Shown: one piece after another, positions 40,701-52,800 of the stretch
Layout of the letters: the number at the start of each line of letters is the position of its first letter
How positions within the stretch are numbered: position 1 is the stretch's first letter
Position numbers and translations under genes: made by a program
The notes under the pieces: model-generated
The model's input: the letters and a program-made list of their open reading frames with translations, nothing else
What the model was told of the DNA's origin: nothing
Databases searched by the model: none
From: Azolla caroliniana
Taxonomy: Eukaryota; Plantae; Polypodiophyta
Reading direction: 5' to 3'
NCBI GenBank assembly: GCA_043228905.1
Contig: JBHGNT010000006.1
Coordinates: 22,754,001-22,818,000, forward strand
Length of the DNA: 64,000 nucleotides

Positions 40701-42508
40701 AAACAGACCATCAGCCATTGCTCTCCCTCATAAAGAAGGCTCATCCACCCGGCCGCTTACTTCGTTGGGTTTTGGCGCTACAGGATTACACATTCACTCT
40801 GCGCTATCGCCATGGTTCACAAAACATCGTCGCCGATGGATTATCCCGCATATCCTTTCAGGCAAACCAGATCACCTCCAACACAATCGATTTCCCCATA
40901 TCCTCGTCCCAAATGGCCAACATGCAACAACACGACAAACAAATCCAAGATATCTGCCACCGCCTACGAGCTGAACCGACATCATCCCTCACCAAGCAAT
41001 TCATGATCCAGGATAATGTCCTACTTTTTTGTCAAGTAGGCAAAGAACCCCGAGTCTACGTGCCTGAGCAACTACGCCAGTCTTACCTTCGTTTCTTCCA
41101 CGATCACCCGTTGTCCGGCCACTTGGGTTTTCATAAGGTGCTCGACAAAATTCGTCGCAAATTCTATTGGCCTGGGCTACGCCACGAGGTCGCCTCCTAC
41201 ATCAAAGCATGCAACTTATGTCAGGCCATCAAATCACCTCAAGTGGCTCAAGGCCTCTTACATCCGATACAAGTTCAAGCTCCATTTGAAATCGTCGGAT
41301 GGGACATTATGGGCCCCTTTCCCGAGTCACAAGGAGGGAACAAATTCATCCTCGTCATCACCGAGTACTTGACGCGTTGGGCTGAGACGACCGCTATCCC
41401 AGATGCAAAGGCTATGACCATCGCCTCCAAACTATTGGAGAAAATCATCTTCCCCCATGGTTGCCCACTCCAAATCTTGTCCGATCGAGGACCCCAGTTC
41501 AACGGTGACTCCTACGCCTCGTTTCAATACAACTAGGAATCCAACAGTTATTCACGTCACCCTACCATCCGCAAACGAATGGGTTGACGGAGCGCCTCAA
41601 TCGAACCTTAAAACAACAAATCTCAGCCTACATCGATCCGCTGCACTCAACCTGGGACCGAATCTTGCCCTTCGTTACGCATGCCTACAACACAACTGTG
41701 CAAGCCTCTACCCGCATTAGCCCATTTCGGGCCCTTTACAGAAGGGACCCGCGCTTACCCCCAGAATTGGCAGTCCCGCAACTAACCACACGACTTCACG
41801 CTGACGCAGTGTCTTGGTGGTCCCACCTACAACAACTCCAACCCCTCCTCCGCAAAGCCATCACGAGCAACCTGCACCAGGCACAACTACGCCAAAAACG
41901 ACAACACGATATAGGCCGTGTCGACCATCAATACCACGTCGGTGACAAAGTCCTCGTCTACTTCCCCATCCGTCGTCGCGGTCTCAGCGAATCGCTCATG
42001 CACCGATGGATCGGTCCCTTCGAAGTTCAAAAGCAGATACGCGACACTACATACCTGCTCCGCCGCGCCTCCAACAACCGCTCTACCTTTGCTCACCAGT
42101 CTCGCATGAAGCCCTTCCATCAACTACCACCGCCCCCGCCCACACTCATGCCTACGCCCACGCCCGTGTCATCCCCCCGTCTGGAACCGTCGTCCACGCC
42201 TCGTCGCGCTTCGACTGCACAGTAACTTTTTTTTTTACAAGGGGGAATTGTGGTGGTCACATGGACCACACCTAGATTAGGCCCCTACCAAGCCCCATGC
42301 ACCACACATAGACCACACCCAAATTAGGCCCCTACCAAGCCTCATGCACCACACCCAAACTAGGCCCCCACCAAGCCCCATAATTAGTAGAGCTAATTGG
42401 AGCGGGAGAACACCCTCCACGCTAAGAGAGAGTCTATAAAATGTAACTTGAGACATAATGAAAAGGGGGGCTATTCTTGAGAGCATTTCACATCTTGAGC
42501 ATTTCACA
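37708..42508 (+). mobile_element. small non-chromovirus Ty3/Gypsy element with a 4-bp TSD
   Basis: 244-bp LTRs 37708-37951 and 42249-42492 (about one mismatch), plus a 16-nt terminal duplication to 42508. TSD ATAT (37704-37707, 42509-42512), PBS TGGTGGAGA (tRNA-Ala type, 37955-37963), PPT AAGGGGGAA. Gag 37936-38958 (CFYCNNYGHIRRHC); disrupted pol to 42225. Confidence 0.95.
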
Positions 42509-45500
42509 ATATCTAGACAAACCGGGTTCTCGATCCAAAACGACTAGTTACACTCGTCGTTTTAAAGGGGGGATAGTGTCATGGCAAGACTCGAACCCAT
42601 GACCTTATGCTACATGGGTGGAGCTCTTGACCATTAGACTATACATTGTAATACGTAAAATATTACTTTCATTTATGTTTTATAATAGAAATTTGATGTA
42701 TATTCCAGATTTCTCTGGAACATTCTAGAAACTTTAGGAGTATTCCCTAGAACACTATAAAAGGAGGCACAAGGCATTATTTCGAACCAAATCGGTTAAA
42801 CGCCAGTCTTAAGCCTCCTAGCTACTGTACATTTTCTTCACATAATATATATCTTTTCTTATCATCACTCTCTCTCTCTCTCGATCTCTCTCTCCCTCCC
42901 TCTCACTCACTCTTTCCTTCTCTCGAGAGTTCTTCACCTCTCTTAGTACTAATACTTCTTTTAGTACTAATTCCTTCTCTGTCTTAGTATTGTTCCTGAC
43001 AGCTGCAGAGTCAGCGTACGACCCTTAAAGAAATGGCTGACGAGTTCTTCATCAAATGCAAGCTACTTTCGGAGCAAAAAGACGAATTATCGGATTCCTA
43101 CTTCGCCCTACAAGAAGAGAGAATCATTGAACGGGAACAAGTCCGGGCCGCGTGTCAAAAAGAACGGGAGCAAGCCACCGAAGAACTCACCAAGCGTTAC
43201 GAGCAGGCTATCCAGCTCGTAACCGTGGATGCAAAGAAAACTCAAGCCATCTATGAACTACGAGCAAAGAAGCTTCAGGCCGAGGTCGACGGCTTAAAAC
43301 AGGAATTAGCAGCCATCCGAGCACTGCCCAGCATGGATGAGACACGCATCAGAATACTGATCGAGAAACAACGCCAGCACCTTACCAAAAAGGTCGAGGA
43401 AACATAAAGTCGCGCAGGAGACGAATGGGCAGCCCAAGCTGCCGAATTGCATATTTTACGCGCCGACGCCGAGAACCGACGAAAGGAGGGCCGCGACTTC
43501 TACAAAATGGACGAAGCCAACATACAAAACCTGCGTGCAGATTTAACCGAAGATTACCAGTCCTTGGCAAAATCTCACACCGCAGCAATCGAGCAAATAA
43601 TGGAGGACTTCAATGACGGTCAGATGCTGTTTCGCCTGGAAGCAGAAGCCTTCGAACGAGAACGACTCGTAGCCATCCCAACCAGCCCTCCAACGGCCAC
43701 AGAGCAGAAGGAAGAACCTTCCAGCAAGGAGATCACAGACACGGCACAGGAGGAACTTGCCCCGGCCAACAGACATCCCATGGACGCCCACACGGTACCA
43801 GATCCAGTCAAAGTAGAGGTCAGCGCCCTCGAACCCACACCCCCACCAGAAGAATCGGCCGCACCTGAGGCGGACGCCCGAGAAGATATGACACCCCCGG
43901 ACCAAACTCAACCCCCCCGCACTGACAGTCCAACCAGACCACCTTGCCACCACCCCGGACCCCGAAAACATCCTCGACATCTTAAAAGAGGAATGAAACG
44001 AGGATCACGCCTAAAAGGCAATTTTTGTAATATTGTTAGTATTTTGTAAGTTGTGGGTCCAACGGACAAGGTCCTGTCCCACGGGCGTGCTAGGTGTTGT
44101 CCAGAGGACAGAAATGTAAAATTAGGAAATTAGGAAACGTCGAGTCCGAGTATCACGGGCCACCGACGGCTCGGCTGTGTATTAGGGGAAAAGTTATTTA
44201 AACGAGGACCAGTACCTCAGAGGGGAGAGAGAGAAGAAAAATATAGGCGGAAGCACTAGCTGAGCCCCTCGTAACTAGATAATCTTGTAAGGTCACCGGC
44301 CGTAGGCCGTGTTCTGTAATCTTTTCTATCGCAGTAATATATCTGAATTGTGCCCAGTTTGCTCCATGTGTCTGTGCTTTGATTCATACCTATGATTTGA
44401 GCGCCGCCCACGCCTGCCAAGATCTCGTTAGTGTTTTCCCTCTGAGCACTGTCTCTCTCTCAACGCCTTTGTTACGAGCCTTCACATACCACGCCCTTGA
44501 ATACCGATAGCTGTAGATCTATCGAAGGTGTTCACCCAAAGAAACGGGTAACAGCTGGAAGAGAAGAGCATGCCCCATTTCTACTGGGCGGAGGTGGTCC
44601 GGACAACCATCCACATTCAGAACTGGATCGGTTACAAGGTGTTCGCGCATGAGCTGTATTTCGGGCGCCAGCCGAATTTGAGACACCTTCGGATATTCGG
44701 CAACATAGCATATGTGCATGTGCCGGATAAGAAGCGGAGGAAGCTGGATGCAAGATCGGAGAAGTGCATCCTCGTTGGCTACTCACATGAGCAAAAGGGG
44801 TATAAGTGTTATGACCCTCGGATGAAGCAGGTCCGAGTTAGCCGTGATGTCGAGTTCGATGAAACTGCATCATGGTACTCCTTACCAACTCCGACTTCCG
44901 ACCCCGACCCGATGCCGGAGGATGAGGCTAGTGAGCTTGAACCGGCCCAGGTAGAAGATGATGAATCCGGGACTCAAGAAGGGAGTCCGGAATTGTTTCG
45001 GTTGAGTGGGCCGAACGAGAGACTAGGTCAATCTGACCAGTCAGATGAGGAACTAGTGAGTAGTGAAGACTCTACTAAGCTCTCCCGACACAAGGAACCG
45101 AGGAGACGGTTCATGCGCAAAGAGAAGGGGAAGAAGAAGATGCCGGAATACGAAACCGGCAACGCTGAGCCAGATTGGTGCGAATCCGATTCCGGAAAAG
45201 ATGAAGGCGGATCTTCGGGAATGAAGTCCGACTTTGCCAAGAAGGGCCCCAAGCCGAGTAATACTAAGTTACGCCAGTTTTCTCGCCAGAAGAACCCCGT
45301 GACGCGGTACGGGTACAATGAGTACATGGTGCATCACTATGCATACATGACCAGGGTGGCGGAAATGCGTGAGCCGGAGAGCTACGCACATTGGCATGCC
45401 ACTATGGAGGAAGAGATGCGGGCACTTGATGCCAACGACACATGGGACCTAGTTGACCCTCCCCGATGCTGTAAACCGATCGGATGTAAGTGGGTGTACA

Positions 45501-48500
45501 AGATAAAGTACAATGCCGACGGTTCGGTTAATCGGTACAAGGCCCGGCTAGTGGTGAAGGGATACGTGTAGACCCACGGAATTGACTATGACGAGACCTT
45601 CGCTCCGGTAGCAAAGATGACGACGGTTCGTGTGGTGCTAACGGTTGCTGCAGCAAGGGGGTGGCATCTTCACAAGATGGATGTGAAGAATGCTTTTCTT
45701 CAAGGCGATCTTGAAGAAGAGGTCTTTATGACCCAACTCCCCGGTTTTCAGTCGGAGATGAACAAATCAGCGGTATACCGGCTGAAGAAGCCACTTTATG
45801 GCCTGAATCAAGCCCCCCGAGCTTGGAATGCGAAGATCACGCATCGGTTGCGTAAGATGGGGTTTGTGGCCTCCAAGTTCGACTCTTCATTGTTCATCCG
45901 GCAAGGTGTGGACGGTCTGGTTTGCATCTTGTTGTACGTTGATGATCTAGTCATCACCGGACCCGGCGTCGATGAAATCAACCAGGTCAAGTCCCAGCTA
46001 TCAGACGCATTTGAGATGAAGGACCTGGGGGACCTTCACTATTTCCTTGGGATTGAGGTGATCCGAACCCCCGACGGCATATTGCTCTCACAGAGACACT
46101 ATATGTTGAATATGTTGTACAAGTTCGGCATGACAGAATGCCGACCTGTCTCAACACCCCTGGACCGGAACCAGAAGCTCTGTCCCAACTCCGAACCGGC
46201 CTGCGATGAGAAGCGGTTCCTACAAATCGTCGGAAGCCTTATATACTTGACCATCACCTGACCCGACATCAACTATCTGGTCAGTGTGATTAGCCAATTC
46301 ATGTAGAAGCTAACCGTAGAGCATCTTCAGTGCGCACACCGAATACTGTGATATGTGAGCGGCACGAAGGACTACGGACTGTTATACCGATGAGGTACAA
46401 CCGAAGAGCTAGTCGGTTACACGGATGCCGACTGGGTCGGCGATGCATCAGATCGCTGATCCACCTCCGGATATATGTTTTCCCTTGGTAACGCGGCTGT
46501 TGCGTGGAGCAGCATAATGCAGCCAACAGTGGCCCTTCCGAGCATTGAGGCTTAATACCGGGGTGCGACCGTTGCCACCTGTGAAGCCATTTGGCTTCGG
46601 CGACTGCTGCAAGACCTGCAGATCGAGGTGCCGACGCCGATCCCGATCTACTACGACAACATAAGCAGCATGCAGCTCGCCAAGAACCCCGTATTCCATG
46701 CTCGCACAAAGAACATAGAAGTGCACTACCACTTCGTGCGTGAGCGTGTCCTGAGCAGTGAAGTCGAACTTCGATATGTTCATACGCATTGGCAAGTTGC
46801 CGATATCTTCAATAAACTGCTCGGATCAAACAAGCTGCAACACTTCACCGAAATGCTTGGTGTTCAGCATCTCGACGTGCCATACTTGAGGGGGAGAACG
46901 GGCAAAGACACCGGAACGGGCAAAGGCAAAGAGACTATCGATTGTGCCGGTAAGGGAAGAACCGACAAGGGGAGAGACAAGAAGAAGAAAGGAGCGGAGT
47001 CAACAGAGGAAGTTGACACATCCGAACAAGTCGGAACGAGCGGCTGCAGCGGCAGAGTCAAGAAGGATAGAGCCAATTGGAAGGAGAAGGCCAAGACCTG
47101 GACATGGTCCAATGTGGTAAAGGGCCTAGAACCGGAAGACGAGTTGGAGGATACTGATTCGGACAAGAGTGGGAATCAGAGACAGCTGATTCGGTTCAAA
47201 GTTGGATTCAGAGGAGCCAGATCAACTAAAGGCCAAGCAGACACAAACGCAACGGAAGTCGATGCCATCGTGGAGGAACCGACGGATCAGCAAGCGCCGG
47301 AGTCGCAGCAGCGAGGGAGCTGAATTGGGCATGTTGAGCAGACGAGCCAACCGAGAAGGTCGAGGTGTGCAGAACATGAGGGGTCGCGACAAACAATACT
47401 AGACCAGACGAGGAGCGCGAGCGAGGCGGAGCGACACCAGAAGGAGCCAGGTAGAAGGACCGGTTGCCACAGATGTTATCCCTACGACCGGACCTCAAGT
47501 TGAGCTTGAGGGGGAGTGTTGAGTGGCAAGCTCAACTGGAGCCAGATCGGCTGAATAAGCCTGACCCGGTGAGCGAGACGGATCGGTGAGCCGGTGAGCA
47601 CCCGGTGAGCAAAAGAGCCGGTGAGCAAGGGAGTCGGTTAGCCGGATCCAACAGTAACCGGAAGCCTAGTAATAGCTTAGATTACTAGGTAGTTATTGTC
47701 TCGTAGTTAGTGTCAGACGCTCGTGTGAGCATTGAAGTACGCTGTACTTCTATCAATCCCATGAGGACTTGTATAAATAGTGCTGTTGAGCACGTTGTAT
47801 GTACAAAGTGTTGATATAATTTTTGAATTCAGATTCTTGTTCTGCCCTCTCTGTCTCTCCCGAGTACTCTCTGTATTCTGTGTATTATTCTCTCTCTCTC
47901 TGTTGCTACGCAAGCAAGTTGTTGTCTTATGCTTCCGCACATACGTTTTCACAGGATCAAATCATTGCTCACTTGCACTCCATTTTCATTTTGGTCTGTA
48001 TTTCACTCCACTTTCTTTTGACGAGGATCGATTTCGATCGTTCACCTTCTAGTTTTGGTGGGGGTCATAACCACTCACTTTCCTAATGGGGATTGCATTG
48101 GTTTCTCGCTAGCGCTACCATTTGTGCCGTATTTTGTGTCAACATCGACTATTTACCCTCTCACATGATAGAAGAAGTCGAGTTGACCACGTCACCTGCA
48201 CTCTATCACCCGTTGTTGTTCTAATTCCCGGTGAGGATCGCACATGGTCGCTCACGTTCCAATTCTCGGTGAGGACTGCATGGTTGCTCACTCCCATTCG
48301 TGTTCTAGTTCTTGATGAGGACCACATGGTTGCTCACGCTTGTCGGTGTTCCGGTCTCTGGTGAGGACCGCACATGGTCGCTCACTTAGTCTTTGGTAAG
48401 GACCACACATGGTCGCTCATGTCCGTTGGTGTTCCAGGCTTTGGTGAGGACAACAAATGGTTGCTCATGCCCGTCAGTGCTCAAATTCCCATTCACCCCT

Positions 48501-49339
48501 ACACCACACTTTCGAAAAGGCAGTTGTAAAGGGGAGGATAATGTCACGACATAGTGACATCAAATACATAGTTGGTGAGGACTGAACCTGCAACCTCACA
48601 TCAACAAAATGTCATGCTTAACCATTTTGATATGAGCATGTATTTGTATATAATAATTTAGTATTATATAGTCTAGAATATAATATATTTCAGAATTAGA
48701 AAATCCTAGTCGTTAGTATATTCTAGAAATATTGTATGGTATATTCTTGATGGGTATATTCTAGAGATATTTCTGGAGTATATTCTAGAGATATTGGGTC
48801 GAAGCACGCTACGGTGTACCAGAAAAGTATTGTTTTTGGCCACAAAAATTGTCAGTACTTTCAATATTGTTAGTACTGAATAATTCAGAAAAAAAATTAG
48901 AGAAAAAGAAAATCGATTTTGGAGAGTGGGGTGACTGTAGTACAAGTGTCATTTACTATAGAAGGAGTGGGGGGAACACGTGAGGAGATGTTCTTCCATT
49001 TTGGGGGCTATTTTCCCCTCACGTCGATTTTGGCGCTTCCCCTCACGTCGTTTTGGCGCTTCCCCTCATACTGCTCTTCCTCTATCCCTCTGAGCTTTTC
49101 ATCACAGACATCCATGTCACGTTTCTGATTTTCCTTCAATCTAAATCTTAGACATCCATGTCTGGTTGGAGAGTTTGAGTTGAGGATTTCTGATTTTTTT
49201 AGGGTTTTTGTTTTTGTTAGGTTTAGGTTGAGGTACAGAGACTGTTCTGAGGGTTTAGGTAGCAGCCAATAGTCACTTCTTCGACAACGACTTTCTTACT
49301 TCCACCGATTGCAGTTGATGTTGTGGTGATTTGGGGCTT

Positions 49340-49620
49340 TTTCCACCAAATCGAGGCGGCATTGGAGGTTCCTTCCACCAAATCGAGGCGGCATATCCAA
49401 CGCTCCCTCCACCATTGGAGGTTCCTTCCATCAAATCGAGGCGGCATATCCAACGCTCCCTCCACCATTGGAGGTTCCTTCCACCAAATCGAGGCTGCAT
49501 ATCCACGCTCCCTCCACCAAATCGAGGTTGCATATCCACGCTCCCTCCACCATTGGAGGTTCCTTCCACCAAATCGAGGCGGCATATCCAACGCTCCCTC
49601 CACAATTGGAGGTTCCTTCC
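49340..49620. repeat. GC-rich ~54-bp tandem repeat upstream of the transposase
   Basis: About 5-6 variant copies of CCACCAAATCGAGGCGGCATATCCAACGCTCCCTCCACCATTGGAGGTTCCTT. Confidence 0.88.
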
Positions 49621-49832
49621 ATCCATTTTTTTATTTTCAGTACTAAAATGTTTCATTTCTTCATATTTCAGTACTAAATTTTTAGAATTGACATTTGTCA
49701 TATTTGATATGTAATTCTAATGTTTGAAACAAAATATTTCTCACTTTGCAGGCCACATTTAAAAACATTTGATTGTGTTTTCTTGGTTGAGTCTGTATAA
49801 CATTAACTACTTTCGCAAGACACTTAATTTTT

Positions 49833-52800
49833 GTGGATAAATCTAGTGACCGAATGGGGGTTCCTAACGAGAGTGAGTTGTCAAGTAACTCATGCATATC
49901 TGAAAGGACTAAGAGACGAGTGGTTCTTCACATAGTCCGTTATTTGGTAGAAATAACGAAGAGATTTAGTGAAGAGGATCGTAGGGATATTATCTGTAGA
50001 GTGTTACACCATCAAAGTTTGAATGAAGACATGGAGAGAATAAAATTTAGGGACCAATGTGTTTCAGAAGAGATTGTGGAGTCTATGAAGTCATCCCTAG
50101 ACTTAGTGAAAGATGTAGAGAGCTTAGACAAACTTGCTGCAAAGAGGGCAGCCCTACACATGGTTGTGAATGGTGCGAGAGAAAAAATATATAGTGATAC
50201 TAAAGTTGCCTTAGCCCTGGGTATTCAAAGAAGGAACTTGAGGAAACATCGCCGAAATATACACTCAAGCAAATTCAAGTGGCTGGGGTCGGGACGTAGA
50301 CGACGATGTGATGCCTTATCTCAAGAGATTATTGAGAAAGTGGATTCATTTTGGGCCAAAAATACGCGTGTCTCACCAAATAAGAAGGACGTGTGTAGAC
50401 AACGAATAAGTCAGGGTAAGTACCAGATTCACCCTAGACACTTCTTGGAGATGACAGAGGTATTCCATTTTTTTATATCAATTCACATTCCATAACTTTG
50501 TGTTTTGACCAAGTGTATATTAATGTTTGCTATATATATTGGTTGATGTAGGCTGAATTGTACATGAACTTTAAAGACCAACATCCAAGCTTGACTGTTG
50601 GATTCCGCAAGTTCCAAGGTTTGAAACCATTTTATGTTAGATAATTAAATGAGAGGAATACATGTTGTTGTGTGTACCATGTGAAGATGGACATGTTAAG
50701 GCTAGCAGTGAATGCAATGCGTACTGATTCTAAGGGTATACACGGGGAATTATGTGTCTGCATTTGTGAGATTTGTAGAACAAATGGGGAGGATAATAGG
50801 TGTAATGCACGAAACATGACTTATGCATCCGTTTCTGAGCTATGGAGGTCTTGTGTTTGTGAAAAAGAACCATCATGTGAGTGGCATTGTCGTACATGTC
50901 TATTAAGAACATGTAAGGTTTGTCTACTACCATTATCTTGTAGGCAGGAGCTTGATATGGGAAATACTCATATCGTGAAATGGAAATATTTGGAGTATGT
51001 GACTGAAAATATTGGCAAGAGAGTTGTAACTAAGCGTATCAAGGAAGTATATAAGGAGACATGTGCTGCTACCCTTGTCTCAGAATTTAAGAAACAACTT
51101 GGGGAGTTTATTCCACATAACTTCCGGAGTTATTGGCAAAATTCTCAGTTCAAGGAATGTATTAATAACTTACCAACGGGTGTCATCGTATCCGTTATTG
51201 ATTTTGCAGAAAACTATACATTTAAAGTTCAAAATGAGGTTCAATCAATGCATTGGTACAATGATCAATGTACAATACTTGTACATATTTGCTATCGGAG
51301 GCAAGACGGTGAGTTACATAAGAAATCAATATTTTACATTTCAGATGATAAAAAGCATGATACACTATTTGTTCAACATTGTTTTAAGCTTCACCATGCA
51401 GATTTATTTTCTCTAGGGTTAACCTTTAACCGTCATTGGGTTTGGTCTGATGATGCTGCCTCGCAGTTTAAGGCGGCACGATCGTTCTACTTTATCGCCA
51501 GGTAATTTTTAATCCATATGTTTAGTACTTATCATGCAATGTGTAAGGAAGTAATTCTTGTGTTAGTGGATGCATACTAATTATGTTTGTAACTATTAAC
51601 AAACAGTACTATTCACATGGATGCATACTAATTATGTTTGTAACTATTCGAATCTTGCACTTGTGAATGGATGCATGCATACTAATTTTGTTTGTATTAT
51701 GTTGTACTAAGTAACTTTTAATCCATGTGAAGTGTTCTCCATAGACACATTGTACTATGTTGTGTTTACAGGAGGATGTAAAGTACTCATCTTGTACTCA
51801 TAGTATTGTCCGTCCTTAAGAGAATTGTACTAATTATCTTTTTATCCATGTGAAGGGTTCTCCATAGACACATTGTACTATGGTGTGTGTTGGTTCTGTA
51901 CTATGTTGTGTTTACAAAAGGATGTAAAGTACTCATCTTGTACTTATAGTATTGTCCGTCCTTAAGAGAATTGTACTAATTATGTTTTAATCCATGTGAA
52001 GGGTTCTCCATAGACACATTGTACTATGTTGTGTGTTGTATCTGTACTATGTTGTGTTTACAGGAGGATGTAAAGTACTCATCTTGTACTCATAGTATTG
52101 TCCGTCCTTAAGAGAATTGTACTAAATCAGTATTTACTCATGTTGTACTTATAGTATTGTACTCATCTTGTACTCATCTTTTAAACACACTGTGTGGTAC
52201 TGATTATCTATTAATCAATGTTCTGCGTTCTCCATGAACACACTGTATTGTACTATGTGTTGTATCTATACTAAATCAGTGTTTATTGGGGGATGTAAAG
52301 TACATGTTTTGTAGTACTAATGATCTTCTAAGGAGGGTTGTGTTCTCCGTGGACACATTGTATTGTACTATCCGATATTGAACATTTTGTACTATTTATC
52401 TGTTAATACATGTAGAGTGCTTTCCATGAACTCATTGTACTATACTTTGTGCTATATCCATACTAAGTTAGTATTAAATGGATGCCAGGTATTGTTGGTC
52501 GACAACATAGTACTATTTATCTTTTAATAAGTGTAGAGTGTTCTCAATGGATACGTTGTGCTATGTTTTGTTTTGTATTTGTACTAAATCACTATTAATG
52601 GAAGTGTAGTACTCTCAATTGACAACATAGTACTAATTTTGTTGGAAACCTGAGATACCAAAGCAGGTATTTCTCCTTATTCAATATTCGTATGCAATGG
52701 AATTACTTCGGGTCTGGACATGGAAAAGGAGAGCATGATGGCGCGGGGGCTGTGATCAAACGTGCCCTTACAAGTGAGCAGTTGGATAATAATGGCGCTA

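Larger units (their letters stand above)
32564..43001 (+). mobile_element. Ty3/Gypsy chromovirus (Tcn1/Tf1-like), complete structure
   Basis: LTRs 32564-32968 and 42577-43001, TSD GCTGC (32559-32563, 43002-43006), PPT AAAGGGGGGATAG 42564-42576. Gag 33043-34194, protease LLDSGA, RT-RNaseH 34690-35904, integrase plus chromodomain 35926-37707. Confidence 0.97.
30517..44049 (+). pseudogene. extra sense ORF of the Gypsy element (30517-32563 plus 43007-44049), split by the chromovirus
   Basis: ORFs 30517-30951, 31068-32477, 43033-43407 and 43447-44049 are collinear: a globular N-terminal part ending in KIDWG, a Pro-rich linker with basic clusters (PQKRK, PSKRRR), then a long E/K/Q/A-rich coiled-coil-like region. 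Confidence 0.75.
24087..44553 (+). mobile_element. non-chromovirus Ty3/Gypsy element with an extra 3' ORF
   Basis: 459-bp LTRs 24087-24545 and 44095-44553, TSD GCTGG (24082-24086, 44554-44558), PBS-like TGGCACGCCC (24551-24560, tRNA-Arg type). It interrupts the Copia integrase at AARAML|EEK. Confidence 0.96.
21593..47953 (+). mobile_element. full-length Ty1/Copia element, copy B (same family as copy A)
   Basis: LTRs 21593-22047 and 47517-47953, TSD GGATC (21588-21592, 47954-47958), Met-i PBS TGGTATCAGAGC 22048-22059, PPT GAGGGGGAG 47508-47516. Gag-PR-IN 22150-24086 continues after the insertion at 44559 into IN-RT (MDVKNAFL, YVDD) and RNase H (KNIEVHYHFVRE). Many stops. Confidence 0.97.

Noticed and set aside
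49223-49714. Several overlapping repetitive ORFs
   Set aside because: Artefacts of the ~54-bp tandem repeat.
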